A DNA stretch of 32,000 nt, from contig NZ_CP081299.1 in assembly GCF_019711195.1 (NCBI RefSeq), positions 3,526,276 through 3,558,275 of the forward strand, written 5' to 3'. This document shows positions 16,653 through 25,854 of the stretch, one piece after another. The stretch comes from Dyadobacter sp. NIV53 (GTDB lineage: Bacteria > Bacteroidota > Bacteroidia > Cytophagales > Spirosomataceae). Numbering within the stretch: the stretch's first letter is position 1; each line of letters opens with the position of its first letter. The position numbers and the translations under genes were made by a program. The notes under the pieces were generated by a model that saw only the letters and a program-made list of their open reading frames with translations, was not told where the DNA came from and made no database searches.

Positions 16653-16973
16653 ATGAACTCTGTAAAATTAATCGGAAATGTAGGCCGCGAAATTAATGTA
16701 AAGGAATTTGAAGGCGGAAAAGTGGCAACCTTCTCTGTGGTAACCAATGAAACTTATATCAATAAAAATAAAGAAGAAGTAACAAGTTCGGCCTGGCATT
16801 CTGTTGTTGCCTGGGGAAAACTTGCACAGGTTTGCGAAACTTTATTGGCAAGTGGTAAAAAAGTTTCGGTTGAAGGCAGGCTGAATTATCGTCAGTATCA
16901 AAATAAAGAAGACAAGACTGTAAAGGTGACTGAAATTGTAGCTTTTAGAGTAGAGGAAGCAAAAGCTGAATAA
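16653..16973 (+). CDS. ssb: Single-stranded DNA-binding protein (short, OB-fold only)
   Basis: ATG 16653 gives MNSVKLIGNVGREINVKEF...ATFSVVTNE...WHSVVAWGKLAQVCE...GKKVSVEGRLNYRQY. This is a typical SSB OB fold of 106 aa. It ends ...RVEEAKAE with no D-D-(I/L)-P-F tip. Confidence 0.85.
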   Translation: MNSVKLIGNVGREINVKEFEGGKVATFSVVTNETYINKNKEEVTSSAWHSVVAWGKLAQVCETLLASGKKVSVEGRLNYRQYQNKEDKTVKVTEIVAFRVEEAKAE

Positions 16974-16992
16974 TGGTAATTGGATTTGTTTA

Positions 16993-17027
16993 AAGATTTG
17001 TCAACTTTCAAAAAGTTGACAAATCTT
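16993..17027. terminator. 16-bp perfect hairpin after ssb
   Basis: Arms aagatttgtcaacttt (16993-17008) and aaagttgacaaatctt (17012-17027) with a 3-nt loop, 20 nt after the ssb stop. Confidence 0.55.
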
Positions 17028-17036
17028 AATGCTTAA

Positions 17037-17065
17037 GAGAAGTCAAGTTTTTAAAACCTGACTTC
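17037..17065. repeat. Palindromic intergenic element, copy B (GAGAAGTCAAGTTTTT / AAAACCTGACTTC)
   Basis: Same core as 3995-4025, including the same A-C mismatch. It lies 28 nt downstream of the xylulokinase stop at 17093. Confidence 0.6.
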
Positions 17066-17092
17066 CGTATAACCTGGCTTATTTTAAATAAA

Positions 17093-18574
17093 CTATTCAT
17101 TCATCAAAGCCTCTTTCCATTTCCCATAAGCTTCTTTGGTTGCTTCGGTTAAGTTGGAATCCGGCTCAATAGTTCTTACCGCAGACAAACCTACAAATGC
17201 ATCTTCGCGGGTTTTGTAATAACCCAGGCCAAAACCGGCAGCACGCGCCGCTCCCTGTGCCCCATCAGTATTGATCAGTTCAACTGCGGCTCCTGAAACG
17301 TTGGCAAAAGTTTCACGAAAAACAGGGCTCAAAAACATATTGGCTTCTCCGGCACGGATATTTTTTAAAGAAACACCTACGGTTTCCATGATTTCCATTC
17401 CATAATAAAGCGCAAACACAATTCCTTCCTGTGCAGCACGCGTCCAGTGGCTCAAACCATGACGACTAAATTGCAGTCCTTTGAAATTGGCTCCCGGATC
17501 CTGGTTTTCCAGCATACGTTCGGCTCCGTTACCAAATGGCAAACAAAGTAGTCCGTCGGAGCCGACGGGTGCTTTTGCTGCCAGGTCATTCATTTCAGGG
17601 TATGACACACTTCCTTGCAATTGTGCATTTCTCAGCCAGCCATTCAGGCTGCCTGTACCATTAACGCAGAGTAATACGCCGTAACGGGAAGCTGCTGAAA
17701 TAGGATTAACATGCAAAAATGTATTGACCCTTGATTTCGGATCAAATTTGATCTGATCACTTACACCATACACAACGCCGGAAGTACCTGCTGTTGCAGC
17801 TACTTCACCCGGTTCCAGTACGTTAAGTGAAAATGCATTATTGGGTTGGTCACCGGCCCGATACGTAACTGGTGTTCCTGCTTTTAAACCCAGCGCCATT
17901 GCTGCTTCGGATGTAATACGACCTTGTTCGGAGAAAGTCGGTAAAACAGCAGGAAGTAACGACGGATCAAATCCAAAATGATTAAAAAGGAAATCAGCGG
18001 GACGGTCATTTACAAAATCCCAGAATATTCCTTCGGATAAACCGGAAGGAGTTGTCACGACGTCACCAGTCATGCGTGCAGCCAGATAATCGCCGGGAAG
18101 CATAAACTTGTGCACCTTTGCGTATACTTCCGGTTCGTTTTGTTTCACCCATGCCAATTTTGATGCAGTGAAGTTTCCGGGTGAATTAAGCAAATGAGGC
18201 AGCACGTACTCTTCTCCTAATGCTTCCATTGCTTTATTTCCCACCTCTACGGCCCGGCTGTCACACCAGATAATAGATGGCCGCAGCACGTTCATATCCT
18301 TATCTACTACAACAAGTCCGTGCATCTGATAAGAAATACCGATTGCACCGACTTCTTTTTTATCAATACCAGCTTTTTGCATCACTGCCTGCGAAGCCAG
18401 GCAAGCATTTTCCCACCACTGCTCCGGTTGTTGTTCGGCAAAGCCTGGCTTCGGAGCATCTATACTCATTTCTTTTTCAGGATAAAAAGCAGAAGCAGCA
18501 ACCTCTCCGGTATCTGCATTCAGCAAACAGGCTTTAATAGATGAACTGCCCAAATCGAATCCCAGGAAATACAT
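17093..18574 (-). CDS. xylB: FGGY-family carbohydrate kinase, xylulokinase-like
   Basis: 493 aa. The N-terminus MYFLGFDLGSSSIKACL... and overall similarity match the Bacteroidetes xylulokinases I recognise. Both FGGY N and C domains are present. Confidence 0.75.
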   Translation of the reverse strand: MYFLGFDLGSSSIKACLLNADTGEVAASAFYPEKEMSIDAPKPGFAEQQPEQWWENACLASQAVMQKAGIDKKEVGAIGISYQMHGLVVVDKDMNVLRPSIIWCDSRAVEVGNKAMEALGEEYVLPHLLNSPGNFTASKLAWVKQNEPEVYAKVHKFMLPGDYLAARMTGDVVTTPSGLSEGIFWDFVNDRPADFLFNHFGFDPSLLPAVLPTFSEQGRITSEAAMALGLKAGTPVTYRAGDQPNNAFSLNVLEPGEVAATAGTSGVVYGVSDQIKFDPKSRVNTFLHVNPISAASRYGVLLCVNGTGSLNGWLRNAQLQGSVSYPEMNDLAAKAPVGSDGLLCLPFGNGAERMLENQDPGANFKGLQFSRHGLSHWTRAAQEGIVFALYYGMEIMETVGVSLKNIRAGEANMFLSPVFRETFANVSGAAVELINTDGAQGAARAAGFGLGYYKTREDAFVGLSAVRTIEPDSNLTEATKEAYGKWKEALMNE

Positions 18575-18672
18575 ATTAATTATTTTTTTTGTGATTGAAA
18601 AGCTATGTTTATTTAAAGATAAGCGCTAAAAAGTACAAAAATGTTCAATTTATTTAATATTCTCCTACTATT

Positions 18673-18691
18673 AAGTGTAAAATTTACACTT
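18673..18691. promoter_or_regulatory. 19-bp perfect palindrome AAGTGTAAA-A-TTTACACTT (candidate operator)
   Basis: Seen directly, about 100 nt upstream of the xylB start. A half-site-like copy AGGTGTAAAT lies at 18803-18812. Confidence 0.3.
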
Positions 18692-18892
18692 GTTATTAAT
18701 TTCCTGAACTTAGTCGAAAAAGATACCCCGATTTACATAAAACGTATTTAAAAAAAATCTAACTATTTTTACTAAGATATTCACAATATTGGAATCTATT
18801 TAAGGTGTAAATTGTGTTAACCTTGGAGTTCCGCAACACTGTAGAAATATATTATTTTAAGTCAGAAGCAAAATCATGCTATAAGGAGGATT

Positions 18893-20356
18893 ATGAAAAA
18901 AATTGTACAATTTGTGTTAATTGGTGGGGCGGTTATCCTTTTTGCAGGATTTGGCTCAAGAGACAAAAAATGGGAAAAGCCTTTTTCCCGTATTGACAAT
19001 GAAGTCAAAAAAAACAGCATGGCGTATCAAACGCTGAGCGACGCTACGAAAAGTATAGGACACCGACTTACGGGAAGCAGTAATGGTGAAAAAGCGGAAG
19101 AATATGCATTCAAGCTTTTGAAAAGTTACGGATTTACAGATGTTGCCTATCAGTCATTCGAGGTAGAATCCTGGATGCGGGATACGGTTACACTTAGCAT
19201 AGCTCCAGGCAGCAGCGATAATTTTCGCGATGTTCCGGTTGTTTCTCTTGCGCATTCGCCTGTGGAAGCCAAGCTGCAGGGAGAAATCGTGGATGTAGGC
19301 AACGGACTCGAAGAGGATTTCGAAGCAAATAAGGATAAAATAAAAGGAAAAATTGCACTGGCTAATATTGGCCTTTCCGGTGTTACGGGCAAAAAGAACC
19401 TGCACAGGTCTGAAAAGACAGCTTTGGCAATTAAATACGGTGCAAGCGGAATTATTATGGTAAATGGCGCTCCCGGCAAAATTTTGCTTACCGGTACAGC
19501 CTCGGTTACAGGCAGTATAATTTCTATTCCGGCTGTCTGCATTTCCAATGATAGCGGTAACGAACTACGGATCTGGCTAAAAGATGAAGGTCCGCTTGAA
19601 GCAAATATTGATATGCACAACGTTTCCAAGCCTATTAAAGCACGAAATGTTATTGCTACATTAAAGGGAAAATCAGACGAAAAAATAATCATTGGCGGAC
19701 ACCTTGATTCCTGGGATCTGGCAACGGGAGCTATTGACAACGGTATAGGCTCTTTTGCAGTAATGGATATGGCCCGTACTTTCCAGGCACTTAAAATAAA
19801 ACCTGAACGTACTATTCAGTTTGTACTTTTTATGGGTGAAGAACAGGGCCTGTTAGGTTCCAAACATTTTGTGGAAGAGCTGAAAAAGAACGGAACACTG
19901 GATAAAGTGAGCTACATGATGAACCTGGACATGACCAACGACCCGAAAGGTATCAATGCTTTTGGAAGGGAAGAAATGAATGGATTTATTAAAACAGTTG
20001 GCGATGCGATTCACAATGTTGATTCAACTTATAAGAATGAAACAGCAAATCGTGCCGGTTTACATAGTGACCATCAGCCATTTATGCTGGAAGGTGTTCC
20101 AATAGCAGGATTATCCGGGCAGTTGGAAAAATCAGTACTAAATTGCTATCACGCCGATTGTGATGATTTTAGCCTGGTTAATAAGGAGCAGCTGGAAAAT
20201 ACCGTTCGCATTGCTTCTATGTATTTATACGCATTGGCCAATACCGATAAGCTGGCAGTAAAAAAACTTTCAGATACAAATACCCGTGATTTCCTTATTT
20301 CACAGGGATTAAAACAGGAACTTGTTCTGGGCCAGGAATGGCGCTGGGGAAAATAA
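18893..20356 (+). CDS. M28-family aminopeptidase with PA domain
   Basis: Signal or anchor, then GGHLDSWDLATGAIDNGIGSFAVMDMAR and FMGEEQGLLGS, the metal-ligand motifs of M28. Confidence 0.85.
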   Translation: MKKIVQFVLIGGAVILFAGFGSRDKKWEKPFSRIDNEVKKNSMAYQTLSDATKSIGHRLTGSSNGEKAEEYAFKLLKSYGFTDVAYQSFEVESWMRDTVTLSIAPGSSDNFRDVPVVSLAHSPVEAKLQGEIVDVGNGLEEDFEANKDKIKGKIALANIGLSGVTGKKNLHRSEKTALAIKYGASGIIMVNGAPGKILLTGTASVTGSIISIPAVCISNDSGNELRIWLKDEGPLEANIDMHNVSKPIKARNVIATLKGKSDEKIIIGGHLDSWDLATGAIDNGIGSFAVMDMARTFQALKIKPERTIQFVLFMGEEQGLLGSKHFVEELKKNGTLDKVSYMMNLDMTNDPKGINAFGREEMNGFIKTVGDAIHNVDSTYKNETANRAGLHSDHQPFMLEGVPIAGLSGQLEKSVLNCYHADCDDFSLVNKEQLENTVRIASMYLYALANTDKLAVKKLSDTNTRDFLISQGLKQELVLGQEWRWGK

Positions 20357-20376
20357 TTATTTCATTATCAATGCTG

Positions 20377-20408
20377 CGCCATCGTTTGTAAATTCACAAA
20401 CGATGGCG
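20377..20408 (+). terminator. Terminator hairpin after the M28 peptidase gene
   Basis: Perfect 13-bp stem cgccatcgtttgt / acaaacgatggcg with a 6-nt loop, followed by ttta. Confidence 0.65.
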
Positions 20409-20470
20409 TTTAAGTGTAATGTAACGGCAGAAATAAAAATGGCCGTGGTACTTCAAAATTGCTATAGCAC

Positions 20471-21280
20471 ATGCTTGTATTTCCCAATGCCAAAATAAAC
20501 ATTGGCCTTAATATTGTTGAAAAAAGATCCGATGGATTCCATAACATAGAGTCCTGCTTTTACCCGGTTGGCTGGTCGGATGCATTGGAAATTATGCCGG
20601 CCGGCAAGCTTTCATTTCACTCCGATGGTATTGCTATTCCCGGTAATGCATCTGACAATCTTTGTCTTAAAGCATACCAGATACTGGCTGCTGATTATGA
20701 TTTGCCACTTGTTTCCATTCATTTATTAAAAGCAATTCCTATTGGCGCAGGGCTAGGTGGCGGCTCTTCTGATGCGGCTTTTGTCATAACTGTTTTAAAT
20801 TCTCAATTTGATTTAAAAATTTCTTTAGAAAAACAACAGGATTACGCACGTAGATTGGGAAGTGATTGTGCTTTTTTTGTTGTCAACAAACCAGTGTATT
20901 GTTACGAAAAGGGAGACCGTTTTGAAAATATTGATTTAAGTCTGACAGGTAAATGGATTGTTCTCATAAATCCTGGCATACATATTTCTACAGCAGAGGC
21001 ATACGCAGGTGTAAAGCCGGAATTATCGGGTAATGATCTACGAAATTTATTAAAAGAACCTATATCAAAATGGAAGAGTGAAGTGAAGAATGATTTCGAA
21101 GCAGCACTTTTTTTAAAATACCCTCTTTTGAAGACAATTAAGCAAAGTTTGTACGAATATGGTGCAGATTATGCAGCAATGAGCGGATCGGGATCAACAT
21201 TGTATGGAATTTTTGAAAAAGAAATTGATTTGTCAGCTTACTTTCAGCGTTATAAAATATGGCAGGGTATGTTAAAATAA
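20471..21280 (+). CDS. ispE: 4-(cytidine 5'-diphospho)-2-C-methyl-D-erythritol kinase
   Basis: FPNAKINIGLNIVEKRSDGFHNIES... and the GHMP kinase motif PIGAGLGGGSSDAA. 269 aa. Confidence 0.9.
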   Translation: MLVFPNAKINIGLNIVEKRSDGFHNIESCFYPVGWSDALEIMPAGKLSFHSDGIAIPGNASDNLCLKAYQILAADYDLPLVSIHLLKAIPIGAGLGGGSSDAAFVITVLNSQFDLKISLEKQQDYARRLGSDCAFFVVNKPVYCYEKGDRFENIDLSLTGKWIVLINPGIHISTAEAYAGVKPELSGNDLRNLLKEPISKWKSEVKNDFEAALFLKYPLLKTIKQSLYEYGADYAAMSGSGSTLYGIFEKEIDLSAYFQRYKIWQGMLK

Positions 21281-21382
21281 ATATATTCCAATACATATAT
21301 GCAAATGGTTGACAAATGTCGTTATCTTCACTTGCTGCTTTGAATCAACGAATTATAAAATAAAAATCTCTGAAAAAAGAAA

Positions 21383-21994
21383 ATGAGTACGAGGCCCACA
21401 ACCAAATTACAGGATAACCCTTTTACCAAGCGCAGGGAGCCCATCGGCTTTATGTTATGGTTGGGTATTATAGGCAGCTCGCTTCTGTTTACGACAATAT
21501 TTCTTGTTTACCTGATTCGCATGCACAATGCAGATAGCCACTTTGTAGCTCTTCCTGATATGTTCTGGCTTAGCACATTGGTTATTTTATTCAGCAGTAT
21601 TACATTTCATGAAGCAAATCTGGCATTCGTTCAGGAGCGGTTTTTACATTATCGCATATTTTTAGGAGCTACCTTAACACTGGGAATCACATTTATACTA
21701 TTACAGGTAAGCGGCTGGCTTGAAATGATTGAAAGCGGTGCATTTATGGGTAATAGCAATTCTGTGGGACTTGTATATATCCTTACCGGCCTTCACCTGC
21801 TTCATATTGTAGCCGGAGTTGTGTACCTGAGCCTTTTATTCAAAAAATCGTTAGAAAACCGAACTTATGTGGATTCATTTGTATACAGTGTCAATCCTCC
21901 TAACCGTCTCCGCCTAAAACTCATGACCAGATACTGGCATTTTGTGGATGCTTTGTGGCTGATTGTATTTATTTTTCTCGTGCTTTTATATTAA
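21383..21994 (+). CDS. Cytochrome c oxidase subunit III family protein (stand-alone)
   Basis: 203 aa with about 5 TM helices. The C-terminal RYWHFVDALWLIVFIF is characteristic of the heme-copper oxidase subunit III family. Confidence 0.75.
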   Translation: MSTRPTTKLQDNPFTKRREPIGFMLWLGIIGSSLLFTTIFLVYLIRMHNADSHFVALPDMFWLSTLVILFSSITFHEANLAFVQERFLHYRIFLGATLTLGITFILLQVSGWLEMIESGAFMGNSNSVGLVYILTGLHLLHIVAGVVYLSLLFKKSLENRTYVDSFVYSVNPPNRLRLKLMTRYWHFVDALWLIVFIFLVLLY

Positions 21995-22065
21995 AGGTTA
22001 TCAGTCGTCAGCAATCGGCTAACAAATATCAAACCTGTTAGCTACTGATTTAGACACCTTCTGTT

Positions 22066-23276
22066 TTAAAAATTACTTTTCAAACTCCTTCTTGCCAGAT
22101 ATGCGCTTACGAGCGTTAATACGGCCGCCATCAGCATAGGCGCTCCCGGAAAATAAACCGGAGCAGATGGTAATGTATAGAATGAAAAAAGATTGGTCAT
22201 CAGAGGAGGGCCGATAATTGAAGTCAGGCTTTGCAGGCTTGTTAGTGCTCCCTGAATTTCTCCCTGCTCATTGGATGCAACCTGGGTTGAAATAATTCCC
22301 TGAAGCGATGGCCCGGCAATACTTCCCAAGATATACGGAACCATAAAAAGGTACATCATCCAGCCCTGTGTAGCAAAGGCATATAGGGTAAAACCAACCG
22401 CATATAAGAGCAGCCCTATATAAACTCCTCTTTTCTGACCAAGTTTCGGGATAATAAAACGGATCAGATAACCCTGGACAATAGCACTTAACAGGCCAAC
22501 TGCTCCCAAGGAATAGCCAATATTCGCTTCATCCCATCCGAATTTTTCAATAACGTAAAATGACCAATTGCTCTGAACAGCATGCACAGCAATGTAAACC
22601 AATCCCAATGAGGCAATCAGCCCATATATGACCGGATATCTTTTCAGATTTTTAAATGATCCCAAAGGATTCGCTCTTGACCATTCAAATTTCCTCCGGT
22701 TTTCAGGTTTCAGTGATTCCGGTAATATAAAATAGCCATACAACCAGTTCACAAATGAAAAACCTGCTGCTGCGATAAAAGGGACCCGTGTTCCATATTG
22801 CCCTAATAATCCACCCAAAACCGGTCCTATTATAAATCCAAGGCCAAATGCAGCGCCTAATAAACCAAAGTTTTGTGCACGTTTTTCAGGAGTGCTGATA
22901 TCCGCAATATAAGCGGCGCCGGTTGTAAAACTTGCACCCAGGATTCCGGCAATAATGCGCCCCACATAAAGCCAGGCTAAGGTTGGGGCAAAAGCTAAAA
23001 AACGTAATCGACCCCAAAACCAAATAGTGAAGCAAGTAAAACAGGACGCCTTCCAAACTGATCGCTAAGGCCGCCTAACACAGGCGCACATATAAACTGC
23101 ATAAAAGCGTAAGCAAACAAAAGCCAGCCGCCATCCTGTGATGCTGCACTAATACTATCGCCGGTAAGTCCGCTGATCAACTTGGGCATAACCGGAATAA
23201 TAATTCCCAGTCCGATCACATCGATCAAAAGTGTAACGAATATAAAGCCTAATGCCGGAGATCGTTTTTCTGCCAT
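22066..23276 (-). pseudogene. TetA/Tcr-like MFS transporter split by a frame disruption at a T6 run
   Basis: ORF 22995..23276 (N-terminal 93 aa, ...[12 protein letters not shown]...GVDYVF*) and ORF 22066..22965 (C-terminal 299 aa) are halves of one 12-TM MFS protein. One extra T in the run (reverse complement of 22997-23002) gives ...[27 protein letters not shown]... Confidence 0.8.
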
Positions 23277-23377
23277 GAAATAATGTTAAGCTTCAAAAAT
23301 ACACTTAAATTTCGGTCACGATGTATAGGATGGTATAGAATTTCGATTTTGTATCTTTGATATCCATTTATAAAAAT

Positions 23378-24544
23378 ATGCCTGCAACGTTTCCCCCCAT
23401 CCGGACTGACATTTTCTCACTATTTATACTGCTTGGAGCTGTACAGGGAATTTTTCTTTGTTATTTTTTTATCATCAATAGCGGAGGAAAAAGATTCCCA
23501 AATATTTTTCTTGGTTCTTTGCTTCTTGGTATGTCACTGATTATGGCAGATGTATGGCTGGGTTACACCAATTATATGTTTCGGGTAATATGGCTTGTCG
23601 ACTTTACAGAACCCGTTAATCTGCTTTTGGCTCCGCTTACATTTTTATATATTAAAACCAGTATAAACCAGCACTTGAAAAAAAGCGATCTGCTTCATTT
23701 TCTTCCTTCTCTGGTTTATTTTATTTACATGTGCCTTCTTATTTATCCGCAAAGCCCTGAATTTAAGTACAATAATAATCTTGGCGCTTTTCATCCCGAA
23801 ATGCATACAATACCTGCAGATGTTTATGGAAAACATTGGATGTTTTTTCTAAAACGCCACCTCACTGATATGACATTCATCAGTATCTTATCTTATGATA
23901 TCGGTACTTTTATTTTCCTGAACAAAGCATTCAAAAAACAGGGACTATCATTTTTTACCCGTGAAAATAATTCACTTTCATGGTATAGAAAACTACACCT
24001 GCAATTACTGATCCTTGTAATTATCTTTTTTATTGTACGGTTAACATTTCCGCACGATCTTGGAGACCATCTTATAGCAGCTTTTATTTCCCTTATCATT
24101 TATACCATAAGTGTCTCTGTATTCAGTAAATCCATGTTTTTTCATGAAACAAATGCAAAAACAATAAAAAAATATGAGAAATCATCTTTAACACCTGAAT
24201 TACAAAATACAACACTAAAAAAACTGGAAGAAGTAATGGATGTCGAAAAACCGTTTCTTGATCCTGGTTTTTCCCTTCCGGTTCTGGCAAAACGTCTTGG
24301 CATTTCCACTCATCATTTATCACAAATTCTGAACGAAGAATTGAATCAGTCTTTTTTTGACTTTCTGGCTTCATACAGAATTACAGAGGCTCAAAGGTTG
24401 CTTGTATCTGAGGAAAGCAATTATATTAAAATCGAAGAAATCGCCCAGATGGTTGGCTACAATTCAAAATCTGCATTTAATACTTCCTTTCGAAAAATAA
24501 CCGGGTTTACACCTTCTGAATTCAAAAAACAAAGCATAAAGTAG
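23378..24544 (+). CDS. AraC-family transcriptional regulator with an N-terminal multi-pass membrane domain
   Basis: About 7 hydrophobic helices, then a C-terminal AraC HTH (LAKRLGISTHHLSQILNEE...IAQMVGYNSKSAFNTSFRKITGFTPSEFKK). ATG 23378 is preferred over the TTG at 23357. Confidence 0.8.
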   Translation: MPATFPPIRTDIFSLFILLGAVQGIFLCYFFIINSGGKRFPNIFLGSLLLGMSLIMADVWLGYTNYMFRVIWLVDFTEPVNLLLAPLTFLYIKTSINQHLKKSDLLHFLPSLVYFIYMCLLIYPQSPEFKYNNNLGAFHPEMHTIPADVYGKHWMFFLKRHLTDMTFISILSYDIGTFIFLNKAFKKQGLSFFTRENNSLSWYRKLHLQLLILVIIFFIVRLTFPHDLGDHLIAAFISLIIYTISVSVFSKSMFFHETNAKTIKKYEKSSLTPELQNTTLKKLEEVMDVEKPFLDPGFSLPVLAKRLGISTHHLSQILNEELNQSFFDFLASYRITEAQRLLVSEESNYIKIEEIAQMVGYNSKSAFNTSFRKITGFTPSEFKKQSIK

Positions 24545-24571
24545 CCGGTTGCACATGTTCTGATCTATCGG

Positions 24572-24603
24572 GAAGTACGCCGAGCTGATAAAAACGTACT
24601 TTT
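24572..24603 (+). terminator. Hairpin after the AraC gene
   Basis: Stem gaagtacg / cgtacttt (8 bp including one G-T pair) with a 15-nt loop, followed by a T-rich tail. Confidence 0.4.
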
Positions 24604-24651
24604 CACCATTTTTCGACAATTAATTTTGGCTATTCATTAAAAATAATAGTC

Positions 24652-25854
24652 ATGGAAAATTCCGGATTTAAAAACTTACAATCATCTTCCTTTCGCCGTT
24701 ATGACCTGGACTGGCTTCGTGTCATCGCGTTTGCTCTTCTGATTTTTTACCACGTTGGTATGTTTTTCAACTACTGGGACTGGCATATCAAAAACAACGT
24801 AGTTACGCACGCAGTAGAATGGCCTATGCGCTTCACAAACCAGTGGCGTATGGCTCTCCTGTTTATGATCTCAGGAGCGGGTGTTTATTTTGCTCTGGAA
24901 AACAGGACCCCGGGGTCATTTCTGGGCGAAAGATTTATCAGGATATTTATTCCGCTTCTGTTCGGGATGTTTGTAATTGTTCCTCCGCAAATCTTTTTTG
25001 AACGCCTAACCCAGGGGCAAACCTATTCTTATGCGGAGTTCTACAAAACGGTTTTTCAATTTCAGCCTTATCCCAAAGGAAGTTTCAGCTGGCATCATCT
25101 GTGGTATCTCGTCTATATTTTCTTTTATTCCGTTTTAGCATTACCGCTATTGCTTTTTATTCGCCGCCAAAAAGAAATGACGGCGAAATGGGCGAGATTT
25201 TTCAGCAATCCTGCTTTACTCATAATCATTCCGGTGATCTGGCATGTTACAGGAAATCTGTTTCTTGATAAATATCCGACTACGCACAACCTGGTCCACG
25301 ATTGGAATAATCATTTTCATTCATTAACCCTGTTTATTTCCGGCTTTGTTTTATGCACGCAAACAACATTTTGGGAGACGTTAAAGAAACACCGGAAATT
25401 AATGCTGGGAATCTGGATAACGCTTACAATAATCCTGTATGCGGCGTACTGGGCTAACGACAGGGAAGATTATGACTGGGAAAGATATTTGTATCCGGTC
25501 ATACAAACGACCAATGTATGGTGTGTTCTGCTGTGTATTTTCGGATATGGATACACTTATCTGCAATTCTCGAACAGGTTTTTAAAATATGCCAATGAAG
25601 CCGTTTACCCTTTTTACATTTTACACCAAACAGTCATTATTTGTCTGGCATATCCATTGATCAATTCGTCGTTGTCTGTAGCGTTGAAGTTCGGTTATCT
25701 GTGTATTGCCACTTTTATGATATGCCTGGTATTATATCATTTTCTGATCAGGCAATTCAATGTACTCAGATTCGTATTTGGGTTGAAGACAAAATGGAGA
25801 AAAGAATCAAAAACCAATCAGGTAAAAGAAACTTTTATTTCTTCAAAATCTTGA
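24652..25854 (+). CDS. Acyltransferase family 3 (membrane O-acyltransferase) protein
   Basis: DLDWLRVIAFALLIFYHVGMFF at the N-terminus and about 10 TM helices, typical of Acyl_transf_3. Confidence 0.8.
   Translation: MENSGFKNLQSSSFRRYDLDWLRVIAFALLIFYHVGMFFNYWDWHIKNNVVTHAVEWPMRFTNQWRMALLFMISGAGVYFALENRTPGSFLGERFIRIFIPLLFGMFVIVPPQIFFERLTQGQTYSYAEFYKTVFQFQPYPKGSFSWHHLWYLVYIFFYSVLALPLLLFIRRQKEMTAKWARFFSNPALLIIIPVIWHVTGNLFLDKYPTTHNLVHDWNNHFHSLTLFISGFVLCTQTTFWETLKKHRKLMLGIWITLTIILYAAYWANDREDYDWERYLYPVIQTTNVWCVLLCIFGYGYTYLQFSNRFLKYANEAVYPFYILHQTVIICLAYPLINSSLSVALKFGYLCIATFMICLVLYHFLIRQFNVLRFVFGLKTKWRKESKTNQVKETFISSKS

Noticed and set aside
18883-18889. AAGGAGG Shine-Dalgarno-like sequence before the M28 peptidase ATG
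   Set aside because: Only 3 nt separate it from the ATG, which is too close for canonical SD function. The other genes in the window lack SD sequences, as expected for Bacteroidota, so this one is probably fortuitous.
19150-19740. 196-aa minus-strand ORF (plus the 83-aa ORF 19154..19405)
   Set aside because: It is antisense to the M28 peptidase gene. The composition is Ser/Pro/Ile-rich and typical of the antisense frame of a real gene. Its length alone is not evidence.
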